Part shown: positions 39,066 through 47,765 of the stretch, one piece after another | Layout of the letters: every line of letters starts with the position of its first letter | Position numbering within the stretch: the stretch's first letter is position 1 | Assembly: GCA_965217115.1 (NCBI GenBank) | Contig: OZ244239.1 | Location: 1,664,001 to 1,728,000, forward strand | Origin: Bdellovibrionales bacterium | GTDB taxonomy: Bacteria > Bdellovibrionota > Bdellovibrionia > Bdellovibrionales > CAYMLA01 | Direction: 5' to 3' | Length of the DNA: 64,000 bases | The notes under the pieces: model-generated | Databases searched by the model: none | What the model was told of the DNA's origin: nothing | The model's input: only the letters and a program-made list of their open reading frames with translations | Program-made: the position numbers and the translations under genes

Positions 39066-40010
39066 TTAATCAAAGAGAGAGCTTACCGAGTCGTTATTAT
39101 AAATCCTCTTAATAGCCTCAGCAATTAAAGGGGCAAGGCTAACGGTTTTAATCTTTTCACAGGCTTGAGCCGCAGCACTGAGATGTACTGTATCAGTGAC
39201 CCATATTTTTTCAATAGGACTTTCGATCAAGCGAGAGATGGCTGGTCCAGAAAAAACAGGGTGGGTACAAACTGCAAAGATTTGTTTTGCCCCATTTTTG
39301 AGCAAGCTGTCAACTCCTTGTGTGAGAGTTCCAGCTGTATCGACCATATCATCGAGAATAATGGCGATTTTATCGGAGACATCACCAATAACATGGAGGG
39401 CTTCAGCCTTGTTGGGGCCAGATCGACGCTTGTCGATAATGGCAATAGAGCTCTTTATTCGCTTTGCAAAGGCCCTTGCACGCTCAACTCCGCCTGCGTC
39501 GGGGCTGACAGTGACGAATTGCTCACCTTGCCCATAGGCGTCCTTCCAGGCAAGGGCCATGGTGGGAATAGCAAAAAGATGATCCACGGGACAGTTGAAA
39601 AAACCTTGTATCTGAGTCGCGTGTAGATCCACTGAGAGCATGCGTGTGGCTCCTGCCGTTGTGAGAAGGTCAGCCATGCATTTTGCCGAAATAGGGGCAC
39701 GTGGGGCGACTTTGCGATCTTGTCTGGCGTAGCCATAATAGGGAATGACAGCAGTGAGTGATTTTGCAGAGGCTCGGCGTAGGGCATCGAGCATGATAAA
39801 GAGTTCCATGTAGTTATCATTTACAGGAGGACAGGTGCTCTGTATCAGGAAGATGTCCTGTCCGCGAACATTCTCCTGGATCTCTACTTGAATCTCCCCA
39901 TCGGAAAAACGAGTAATTTTGGCCTTTCCGAGAGGAACACCCGCTTTCTCGGCAATTCTTTTAGCAAAATCAGGATTTGAATTACCAGTAAAAATCTTCA
40001 TTCCTTCCAT
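39066..40010 (-). CDS. prs: Ribose-phosphate pyrophosphokinase
   Basis: RFSDGE, PYYGYARQDRK, VSPDAGGVERA, DDMVDTAGT. Confidence 0.98.
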   Translation of the reverse strand: MEGMKIFTGNSNPDFAKRIAEKAGVPLGKAKITRFSDGEIQVEIQENVRGQDIFLIQSTCPPVNDNYMELFIMLDALRRASAKSLTAVIPYYGYARQDRKVAPRAPISAKCMADLLTTAGATRMLSVDLHATQIQGFFNCPVDHLFAIPTMALAWKDAYGQGEQFVTVSPDAGGVERARAFAKRIKSSIAIIDKRRSGPNKAEALHVIGDVSDKIAIILDDMVDTAGTLTQGVDSLLKNGAKQIFAVCTHPVFSGPAISRLIESPIEKIWVTDTVHLSAAAQACEKIKTVSLAPLIAEAIKRIYNNDSVSSLFD

Positions 40011-40097
40011 GGAAATTGAAGTATCTTGTCTCCTGTGGAAAGTCCAGGCAATTCATAAAATCTTGACAAGAACCTAGGGTCATGTGCACAATTTATT

Positions 40098-40493
40098 ATG
40101 GTTCAAGGTGTATGTTCTGATTGGAAAATTGTCTCATTTGATGATCGCTTTGATTCGACAAATTTTGAGAGGCTTCGGATCAGAATTGAACAGATATTAT
40201 CTTCGGAAGATAATCTCGTAGTTCTAGACTTTAGTCAGCTTAAATATTTGAGTATATCAGCTATCAGGTTTGTTACTTATACAGCTAAATACCTGAAACT
40301 GAAGAAAGGACAATTGGCCTTAGTTGGTCCGTCTGATCGCATCTGCCGCCATATTGAAGTCTATGGCACTATGGAAAATATCAGAGTTTTTAAATCTTGT
40401 CAGGAAATCCTGAAGGCTGGAACCTCAATTTCTGAACCACGCTATACTGAAGTTCTCCCCGAGAGAGTCGACTTCAGTTTAATGAGTAGATAA
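40098..40493 (+). CDS. STAS domain protein (anti-anti-sigma-like)
   Basis: VVLDFSQLKYLSISAIR STAS pattern. Confidence 0.75.
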   Translation: MVQGVCSDWKIVSFDDRFDSTNFERLRIRIEQILSSEDNLVVLDFSQLKYLSISAIRFVTYTAKYLKLKKGQLALVGPSDRICRHIEVYGTMENIRVFKSCQEILKAGTSISEPRYTEVLPERVDFSLMSR

Positions 40494-40502
40494 TCTTATT
40501 AT

Positions 40503-41144
40503 TTAAATAAAATTGGTGTGTTCAGGTTTTAAGTGATCTAGAAACTTGCGTGTGGCCTTCGCTCTGTGGGAGATTTTGTTTTTGTAGGCATTCCCTAATT
40601 CAGCAAGGGTTTGGGTTTCGTTATTGGGAATGAAGATGGGGTCATATCCGAAACCTTGATGACCTGTTTGTCTTATTGCGATAGTTCCTTCTAGAACCCC
40701 TGAGAACACGCTCTCTTTACCATCAGGAGAAATAACAACAAGGGATGTTACAAACTGCGCCTTGCGGTTTAAGGGGCTACGTATCTTGAGCATTTGTAGA
40801 ATTTTGGCTGTGTTTTCAACATCTGAAGCATTTTCTCCAGCATAGCGAGCTGAGTAAATTCCCGGCATGCGCTCTAACCCTTCTACTTCGAGACCTGAGT
40901 CTTCTCCTAGAATCCAAACGTTTTCCTTAACGGCGGCGAGTGTTTGGGCTTTGACCCGAGCATTGTCTTCAAATGTGTCTCCTGTTTCGTCTTGAGGAGT
41001 GAAAAAGCTCAACTCTGCTTGGGAGTGGATATCATATTCAAGCTCTGAGAGGATGTTTTTAATTTCTTTAAGTTTACCTTGATTGCCAGTGGCAACCCAG
41101 ATTTCTTGACAGGTTCTTTTGTGAAATGTGGTTGTCATAGACAT
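40503..41144 (-). CDS. rdgB: Non-canonical purine NTP pyrophosphatase
   Basis: ATGNQGKLKE, EDSGL..PGIYSARY, GFGYDPIF, KNKISHR. Confidence 0.95.
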   Translation of the reverse strand: MSMTTTFHKRTCQEIWVATGNQGKLKEIKNILSELEYDIHSQAELSFFTPQDETGDTFEDNARVKAQTLAAVKENVWILGEDSGLEVEGLERMPGIYSARYAGENASDVENTAKILQMLKIRSPLNRKAQFVTSLVVISPDGKESVFSGVLEGTIAIRQTGHQGFGYDPIFIPNNETQTLAELGNAYKNKISHRAKATRKFLDHLKPEHTNFI

Positions 41145-41165
41145 CCCTACTTTTAGAACAAGATA

Positions 41166-41879
41166 TTAAAGGGCAAGAATTTTATTTTGTTCCTTAAAAA
41201 GTTCCTGACAACCTTTGGTGGCAAGCTCTTGCATAGCAAAAAAAGATTCCTTGGAGAAAGGGGTGTCTTCGGCTGTCCCTTGGATTTCTACAAATTGCCC
41301 ATCGGCAGTCATAACAAAATTCATATCGGTGGAGATGCTGCTATCTTCGTCGTAGTTGAGATCGAGTAAGACCTGTTGGTCTTTTTGTAGGCCGACACTG
41401 ATGCCCGCAATTTGATGCTTTATGGGATCAGAGGAAATCTCTCCTATTAACTGAAGTTTTTTAAGGGCGAGGGCGAGGGCGACAAACCCACCTGTAATAG
41501 CAGCCGTGCGTGTGCCTCCATCGGCTTGGATAACATCACAGTCTACAGTGATCTGTCGTTCACCAAGTTTTTTTAGATCAATGGATGCACGTAGGCTACG
41601 GGCAATGAGACGTGAAATTTCTTGGGTTCGTCCACTGCTGGCGGCTTTATCACGCCGCATGCGAGAGTGTGTGGAGCGAGGTAGCATGCCATATTCTGCT
41701 GAAACCCAGCCTTGCCCTTGGTTTTGCAACCATTTTGGAATATTGCCTTCTTGGCTGGCGGTGCAAATCACTTTGGTTTTGCCAAAAGAAATGAGCACGC
41801 TGCCTTCGGCATAGGCGTTTACATGGGGTTCAATGGTGATAGGTCGTAATTGATCGTTTTGTCTTTTGTCTATTCTCAT
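41166..41879 (-). CDS. rph: Ribonuclease PH
   Basis: AEGSVL, AEYGMLPRST, GRTQEISRLI, QADGGTRTAAITG. Confidence 0.97.
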   Translation of the reverse strand: MRIDKRQNDQLRPITIEPHVNAYAEGSVLISFGKTKVICTASQEGNIPKWLQNQGQGWVSAEYGMLPRSTHSRMRRDKAASSGRTQEISRLIARSLRASIDLKKLGERQITVDCDVIQADGGTRTAAITGGFVALALALKKLQLIGEISSDPIKHQIAGISVGLQKDQQVLLDLNYDEDSSISTDMNFVMTADGQFVEIQGTAEDTPFSKESFFAMQELATKGCQELFKEQNKILAL

Positions 41880-41899
41880 GGGTAATACATTTAAAGGAG

Positions 41900-42694
41900 C
41901 TAAGAGGATTTGTCCAATGTTTCTTTGTATTTTACGAGGCCGTTGTAGATGTTTTCAGCGGCTTTTCTATGAAATTTTTTGGTGTTTAATATCTGAAGCT
42001 CTTTGGGGTTGGAGAGAAAACCGAGTTCAATAAGAACAGATGGCATGGTGACTTCGCTGACGAGATAGAAGGGGGCTTGTCGAAGGGGGCGTGTTCTTTT
42101 GTGAATACGTGCACTCCAGTTTTTTAGGAAGTGCTGACTGATAATGTAGCTTTGTTGTGTATTGTGATTACGATCAAGATCATTGAGAATGTTTTGTAGG
42201 TCATTTTTCTTTGAGAGCCATTGTGTCTGTGTGTTTTTTTGTTCATTATTTAGAGAAGTGCCTAGATAGTGATTTTCTTTGTTAGCAAGAAACATGGCTT
42301 CTTCATCTGGCGGGAGCTGGTTTTTAAAATAGACTTCGACTCCACTGGCTCGGCTGTCTTTAGAGGCATTAACATGAATACTAATAAAGATATGTCCCTC
42401 TTTGTCTTTTGCGATTTGGGCTCGATACTCTAATGTGGTTGTCTTGTCATCTTTTCTTGTGAGGGTGACTTTGAATCGAGGATCTTTGGAGAGGATATCA
42501 GAGAGTCTTTTAGCCACTTTGAGAGATATATCAGACTCATGAATTGACGAACGAACGGCTCCCATATCTGAGCCACCATGCCCAGGGTCAACAATAACGT
42601 GGAGTGGTGTTGGGATAGATTGACTGGCGTGGCCCGTCCAAGAAATTTGAATGACAAGAATGAGGGAGAAGAAAAGTTTTAAAGAAAAACCCAT
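41900..42694 (-). CDS. N-acetylmuramoyl-L-alanine amidase (Amidase_3)
   Basis: VDPGHGG.D.GA, ISIHVNA, PSVLIELGFLSN. Confidence 0.92.
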   Translation of the reverse strand: MGFSLKLFFSLILVIQISWTGHASQSIPTPLHVIVDPGHGGSDMGAVRSSIHESDISLKVAKRLSDILSKDPRFKVTLTRKDDKTTTLEYRAQIAKDKEGHIFISIHVNASKDSRASGVEVYFKNQLPPDEEAMFLANKENHYLGTSLNNEQKNTQTQWLSKKNDLQNILNDLDRNHNTQQSYIISQHFLKNWSARIHKRTRPLRQAPFYLVSEVTMPSVLIELGFLSNPKELQILNTKKFHRKAAENIYNGLVKYKETLDKSS

Positions 42695-42770
42695 TTAAAC
42701 ACTCTAACATTCTAAGCCGTGATTTGGGTAGAAGCTAAGAGGGGAGAGGGAAATATCCCTGCTTAAGTCG

Positions 42771-42825
42771 AAAAAAAGCGACCTGGCTAATAGGGGGAGG
42801 GCCAGGCCGCCGAGGGGGGATTGCC
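42771..42825 (-). ncRNA. Candidate sigma54-dependent small RNA with C-rich loop and intrinsic terminator
   Basis: Stem GCGGCCTGGC / GCCAGGTCGC followed by T7; loop CCTCCCCCTATTA; lies directly downstream of a sigma54 consensus. Confidence 0.5.
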
Positions 42826-42834
42826 TAATAGTAA

Positions 42835-42851
42835 AGCAATGAAGATGCCAA
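42835..42851 (-). promoter_or_regulatory. Sigma54 (-24/-12) promoter
   Basis: Minus strand TTGGCATCTTCATTGCT matches TGGCAY-N5-TTGC. Confidence 0.7.
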
Positions 42852-43029
42852 GCTCAGTGATGATTATAAAGGGGTTCATGGAGTCAGAGAGTTCTCTCCT
42901 AGACAAAAATCTGGGAAGAAGGGGGTATTCAGCCACAACGTACTGATTTTAAAGAGCAATCAGGCTCTGTAAAGGAAATGAGTGATTTTCCTCAAATTGT
43001 CTTTGAGATCTGTGTGGGAGCTTTGATTT

Positions 43030-43488
43030 AGTTCTTTGTGATAAATATTGGTGGAGCAAGTTTTTTTCTGATGAGCCGTTTTTTTTCTAGAGTATCTCCC
43101 AAAAGACTCTAGCCCTCTTCTTGCTCAAACATCCGTTTGTCACCTTCCATTGCAGAGAAATGCAATGGAAGTCGCCAAGCCAAACTCGCCGAAAAGAACT
43201 AGAGTCTTTTGGGAGATACTCTAGAAAAAAATGCCGTATTCAATCAATGAGTCAATGGATCTTTGTGTAATATCAAAGGGGGTTGTACAAAAGACTGGGA
43301 AGGCCAAAGTGTTGGTTTAGAAATAGGTCATTTATTCTGGACAAATTTGCTCGAAAGTTTAAAACGAATAATAATAAACCTGGACTGACCTCCATGTATA
43401 ACAACGCTGTTATCCATGGATAGTTTTAGAAAGAGAGGCCTCAAGATGAGTCTCTTGGGAACAGTTCCACTATTTATCACAAAGAACC
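43030..43488 (-). mobile_element. Non-autonomous MITE with ISL3-like ends (copy 2, longer form)
   Basis: TIRs AGTTCTTTGTGATAAATA / TATTTATCACAAAGAACC; 8-bp target duplication TTTGATTT at 43022-43029 and 43489-43496; inverted homolog of 9612-10050. Confidence 0.85.
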
Positions 43489-43623
43489 TTTGATTTTATT
43501 GTGTTATTTGCTTAGGAAAACCTGTAAATATCCCGAATAACTGCAATGAGACAACTAAAGTAAGAAAACGGCATCTTGAAACTGTTATAAATTTGGTGGC
43601 AGTTTCACCTTGTAGAAGGAGTT

Positions 43624-44730
43624 ATGGCTATGAAAGTGTCCAGAGTTTTATGTTTGGTATTGTATTGCACCATTCTTTGTTTCATCCCTCTTAAGGGGCC
43701 AGTATTTGCTCAACTTGACGCTGAAATTGAGGCAGAGGAGGCTGTTGCTGATTCAGAAGCAGCCAGGGTTGAAGCTCGAGAGACGCTCAAAAGGGCTAAG
43801 AGACAGGAGAAGGAGAGCAAGAAGGCGCTTTTAGATGCTCAAAAAATCATTGCCTCATCTAAAAGAGCCAAAGCCAGGTCTTTGCGAGATATCTCTAAAG
43901 CTGAGGATCGTGAGATCAAGGCGAGGAGACAGAAGAAAAAATTTATTCAGCAGAAAAAACAGGCAAAAATCCGTGAAAAGAAGGCACTGGCACGAGTCGA
44001 GGTGGCGAAGAAGAAGCGAGATCGAGCTGAAAAGAAGATGGAAATAGCCAGAGAGAATAAAAATAAGAGCGAGGCACAGGCTCGTAAAGCTCTAAGAGAG
44101 GCGCGAAGGCAGGAGGAATTGGCTAGACGCAAAGATGCTGAGGAGAAAAAAGATGCACAAGAATTACATGAAATAAAAGAAGAAAATAAAAAGGCACAAA
44201 AAAGATTGAAGTCAGTGAAGAAGAGAGTCTCACTTGAGATGAAGAATTCTAATAAAGCAATCGCTAAACACAGTAGGAATAAAATAAAGGCAGAGAAAGC
44301 CCATAAAAAATTACTATCAAAATTTGAAGAGTTAGAGATTGAAATAAGCAAACAGACAGAGAAGAAGAAAGCTGCTGAGAAGGCGTTGCGGGAGGCCCGA
44401 GAAAAAGAAAAAACGGTAAAATCACAATTGAGGAAGGCGGAAAGGCAAATAGTTAAGATAAAGATAAAGGAAAGTAAAGTTCAAAAAAGGAAAAAAAAAT
44501 CAGAGAAGAAGTATCGATCTAAAATGGTTGAATTAAAAAACCTTAAAAGTGGCAAGATGAGGAGTTTGCAAAAAAGCTGTCATCATAGGGATAGAGCGAG
44601 TCTTAAAAGTAAATCTTTAGAGAAGCACAAAAAAGGGGATAAATTCCTTGTTATTCCCCATAGTAGAACTTGGTATAAGGTGATATCCCTTGATTCGACG
44701 ACTGGCTATATGAAAAAACATTGTTTTTAA
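43624..44730 (+). CDS. Exported Lys/Glu-rich coiled-coil protein with putative C-terminal SH3-like domain
   Basis: Signal peptide, long charged heptad region, C-terminal ...TWYKVISLDSTTGYMKK. Confidence 0.75.
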   Translation: MAMKVSRVLCLVLYCTILCFIPLKGPVFAQLDAEIEAEEAVADSEAARVEARETLKRAKRQEKESKKALLDAQKIIASSKRAKARSLRDISKAEDREIKARRQKKKFIQQKKQAKIREKKALARVEVAKKKRDRAEKKMEIARENKNKSEAQARKALREARRQEELARRKDAEEKKDAQELHEIKEENKKAQKRLKSVKKRVSLEMKNSNKAIAKHSRNKIKAEKAHKKLLSKFEELEIEISKQTEKKKAAEKALREAREKEKTVKSQLRKAERQIVKIKIKESKVQKRKKKSEKKYRSKMVELKNLKSGKMRSLQKSCHHRDRASLKSKSLEKHKKGDKFLVIPHSRTWYKVISLDSTTGYMKKHCF

Positions 44731-44800
44731 CTTTTTAGACCTCGTCCTAAAGCAAATGGGTTTTTAAAAAGGAAGAAAGTTCAAAAGTTGTTTCTATTTG

Positions 44801-44847
44801 AGACAATCTCGACGATTGTCTTAAGGTTCTGTCTAGTTTGTCGATAG
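44801..44847 (+). promoter_or_regulatory. Palindromic operator abutting a sigma28-like promoter upstream of spoVG
   Basis: AGACAATC-N5-GATTGTCT, then TTAAG-N14-GTCGATAG. Confidence 0.45.
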
Positions 44848-44914
44848 AGTATTTGTAGGACACAACTGGATTAGAGTGATTTGATCCGTGAGAGTTAGCA
44901 TCGGGAGAAGTGAG

Positions 44915-45199
44915 ATGAAAATTACGGAAGTGAAGGTTTTTCCTGTGAATGAGGAGCGTCTTAGGGCTTATGTTTCTATTACAGTGGATGATAGTTTTGT
45001 TGTTCGTGATTTGAAGGTCATTCAGGGGACGAATGGACTTTTTGTCGCCATGCCAAGTAAAAAGCGCAAGGACGGTCAATTCCGTGATATAGCCCATCCT
45101 CTTAATCAGGAAACTCGTGAAATGATTGAAAATGCGATCTTTGAAGAGTACAAACTTCAGATAGAGTCCCATGGAGATTCAATAGAAGAGCTGGCATAG
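44915..45199 (+). CDS. spoVG: SpoVG family nucleic-acid-binding protein
   Basis: MKITEVKV, FVVRDLKVIQG..GLFVAMPS, FRDIAHP. Confidence 0.96.
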   Translation: MKITEVKVFPVNEERLRAYVSITVDDSFVVRDLKVIQGTNGLFVAMPSKKRKDGQFRDIAHPLNQETREMIENAIFEEYKLQIESHGDSIEELA

Positions 45200-45310
45200 G
45201 CGTAGATGTGCTTCAGTTGCTTCGATTCAAGGGCCTTTAAATCAGCACTTCTTCTGTTGAATTATAGATCCTAGGTCTTTTTTAGTTATCTAGAAAAGGG
45301 GCCTTGCTCC

Positions 45311-45339
45311 GCCCTGTGTCAATGGCACAGGGCTTTTTT
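45311..45339 (+). terminator. Rho-independent terminator
   Basis: GCCCTGTGTC-AAT-GGCACAGGGC followed by T6. Confidence 0.8.
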
Positions 45340-45393
45340 CTGCTTGCTTCGCCTGGGGATTCCATTTAAATTTTTGCTTCTATATTTAGTTGT

Positions 45394-45468
45394 TGGGGTG
45401 TCGTCAAGCGGTAAGACAACAGATTTTGATTCTGTCATTCGGGGGTTCAAATCCCTCCACCCCATCCA
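45394..45468 (+). tRNA. tRNA-Gln(TTG)
   Basis: Acceptor stem TGGGGTG/CACCCCA, anticodon arm ACAGA-TTTTGAT-TCTGT, T-loop TTCAAAT, encoded CCA. Confidence 0.96.
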
Positions 45469-45588
45469 TTTTATTAGGTCTTTTTAGCTGTAAGTTTAAA
45501 ACCCAAGTAAGGTTCAAGTGTTAATAATTTTAATCTGAAGCAGAATTCTTTAGTCTTCTTTCACGAAATTTCAACCTATTTCACAATG

Positions 45589-45620
45589 TGGAACCTTTTG
45601 GAACCCTTGGTGGAACCCTT
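45589..45620. repeat. Three direct repeats TGGAACC(T/C)TT (possible integrase arm-type sites)
   Basis: Copies at 45589, 45599 and 45611, about 120 bp downstream of the tRNA 3' end. Confidence 0.6.
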
Positions 45621-45743
45621 GCAAAGTTTTTAGTTGATGCCCTCTACGCTATTATTTTTAGAGAAAAATGAGTCCAGTAACGGCTTTCAGAGGAAATAAA
45701 TCCTTTGAAAATATTGACCGTCTTTGACGGAAAGGAAGTCACT

Positions 45744-45902
45744 ATGGGTGCATTATTTTCGATGCGGAACCTTTTAGTTGTTTGGAGTGTATTTTATTTA
45801 TTCTGTCATGCCATTGGTAGACCTGAAGTCCCTGTGACTTTAATTTGGCGACTTCATCATAAAGTGATGAGTGGTATTGATAAACCGTGGGGTTGGGTAT
45901 GA
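45744..45902 (+). CDS. Small membrane protein
   Basis: AAGGA RBS, hydrophobic N-terminus, ATGA overlap with the next ORF. Confidence 0.55.
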   Translation: MGALFSMRNLLVVWSVFYLFCHAIGRPEVPVTLIWRLHHKVMSGIDKPWGWV

Positions 45903-46309
45903 AGATTAATACCTTAACCCTCACCCACCATATTGAGAGTCGAATGGCTGAAAACTCTGATTTGTCTGTGAGGTGTTCTTATCTTTTGCAGACACTTCTT
46001 GAAAGAGTCGAAGATCAAACAGAAGTGGAAGCCTATGATCTCTTTCTAATTCTTATTTTCTTGAGTGACGGGATACCTGCAAAGTGTATTGTTGAGCTTT
46101 TGACCTTGGTCACTGATGAAAATTCTTTTGATGTTTTAGAGAGGGACACCGTTCAGAGGTCGGCTGAGTTTTTAAGGGATTACTTAAAAAATTCTTTCTC
46201 TAAACAATTAGCACAGAATCGGAAAAGGCAGTCGATGGATAATAGCCTTGAATCTCGAATCGGCCAAAGCTCCGACACAACGAAAGTAACGATGCGTTGC
46301 TTTTTTTAA
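45899..46309 (+). CDS. Hypothetical protein
   Basis: Translationally coupled by ATGA overlap to the upstream ORF. Confidence 0.55.
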   Translation: MKINTLTLTHHIESRMAENSDLSVRCSYLLQTLLERVEDQTEVEAYDLFLILIFLSDGIPAKCIVELLTLVTDENSFDVLERDTVQRSAEFLRDYLKNSFSKQLAQNRKRQSMDNSLESRIGQSSDTTKVTMRCFF

Positions 46310-46433
46310 GGAATAAGTTCAGCGTCAATCATCTGAAAACGCTTGAGTTGCACTACGGGACCAAAGTGTGTAATTTTGACACAGGACACCTGATATAATG
46401 TTGTGTATTAATATTTTGTGTTACATTGACATT

Positions 46434-46745
46434 ATGTCGAGTTTTGATTACAAAAAGCAAAGAGTGACACCTCAGCAGGCCAGAAAATTGGTGTCCGAAG
46501 TAATGAGACTTGGTGGTGATATTGAAGTATCAAAGCACGCAAAACAAAGAATGGACTCTAGGAACATAAGTATTACTGACATTTATAATGTCTTGAAAAG
46601 CACTTCTTCTCGAATATATGAAGAGGGAGAACTTGAAAAAGGAAGTTACAGATATCGAATGGAGACAAATTATTTTACAGCAGTAGTAGCTTTTTCAAAA
46701 TCTGGTAAAAATTTATACTTGATAACTGCATGGGACAAAAGGTAG
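46434..46745 (+). CDS. DUF4258-family putative toxin
   Basis: SKHAKQRMDSRNISITDIYNVL and C-terminal LITAW; upstream of a Zn-finger-HTH gene. Confidence 0.8.
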   Translation: MSSFDYKKQRVTPQQARKLVSEVMRLGGDIEVSKHAKQRMDSRNISITDIYNVLKSTSSRIYEEGELEKGSYRYRMETNYFTAVVAFSKSGKNLYLITAWDKR

Positions 46746-46754
46746 GAGGATCAA

Positions 46755-47246
46755 ATGGAATGTTTTGAATGTGAAAGTAAAGACATAAAAAAAGAGTCGA
46801 TAACACATAAATACACAGAGTCAGGGCTTGATAATATCACTCTCTACGGTGTCATTCGGACAAAATGTAATTCTTGCGGAGAGGAATATTACAATTTTGG
46901 AGATATCGGTCAACTCCATGATATTATATCTGAATCAATAATAAAGAAAAAAGGACGTATTACAGGAAAAGAAATTCGTTTTCTTAGGAAGTATTTAGGA
47001 TATACTAATTCTATTTTTGCTAAAATAGTTGGTAAAAACAGTTCTGTTTTATCTAGAATAGAAAATGGACAACAAGCAGTAGCAGAGCCGTTTGATAAAC
47101 TCGTGCGACTTTTGGTTGATAATAAAATGGAATGTAGAAATTACGACTTCCACGATTTATTTCTCAACGGATACGGAGTCGAAACTGACAATTTGAAGCT
47201 CAAAAATGAAAATAAACATTGGGAAATATACAAACAAACAGCTTAA
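46755..47246 (+). CDS. MqsA/YgiT-type zinc finger + Xre HTH antitoxin
   Basis: CFEC...CNSCGEEY, SGLDNITL, GKEIRFLRKYLG...SRIENG. Confidence 0.85.
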   Translation: MECFECESKDIKKESITHKYTESGLDNITLYGVIRTKCNSCGEEYYNFGDIGQLHDIISESIIKKKGRITGKEIRFLRKYLGYTNSIFAKIVGKNSSVLSRIENGQQAVAEPFDKLVRLLVDNKMECRNYDFHDLFLNGYGVETDNLKLKNENKHWEIYKQTA

Positions 47247-47765
47247 TAAGTTCAAATACTGGGTGCTTAGTATCTCTTCTCGTGAGATGCACGAAGCTGT
47301 CAGAGATGCCTATGCCGTATTTGATGCCTACATCCCTATGTTATACCGCAATTGCGGTCGAAGGTTGCAAATACTTAAAATCACTAACTATATAAAGGGA
47401 AGTAGGTGTATCTTTCATGGAGCAAAAGACTTTGCTTTCAACTGGTGATTTAGTAAATAAAAACCTCTGGAGAGAACACACTTGAAGGACTAAGTCTTCA
47501 ACTTCAAAGTCACTTGGATATTGAGGTCTCTGTGTAGACTCTGCTAAAAAAGTCTACAGAAAAGACAAGGTGAAGCTAGATAGTGCGTATAAGCAGCGTG
47601 GATTGGTGATCATTTGAAGGGGATGGTTAAGGTTAAGTGGAGTTGCGCAAATGTATGACTTACCCAGAAATTAAAAACCCACATCAAAAAATGTGGGTAA
47701 TAGTAGGACTATCCCATCGCCTTTTTCTTTTGTGCAAAACGTCTTTTGGCCCTATAAGAATACAT

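Noticed and set aside
43068..43240. Hammerhead ribozyme (CTGATGAG before a long stem)
   Set aside because: No GAAA follows the stem, and one homologous unit reads CTGATGAT; the core is incomplete.
47206..47448. 80-aa ORF after the antitoxin as a third TA component
   Set aside because: Overlaps the antitoxin by 41 bp and lacks an RBS or recognisable motif.
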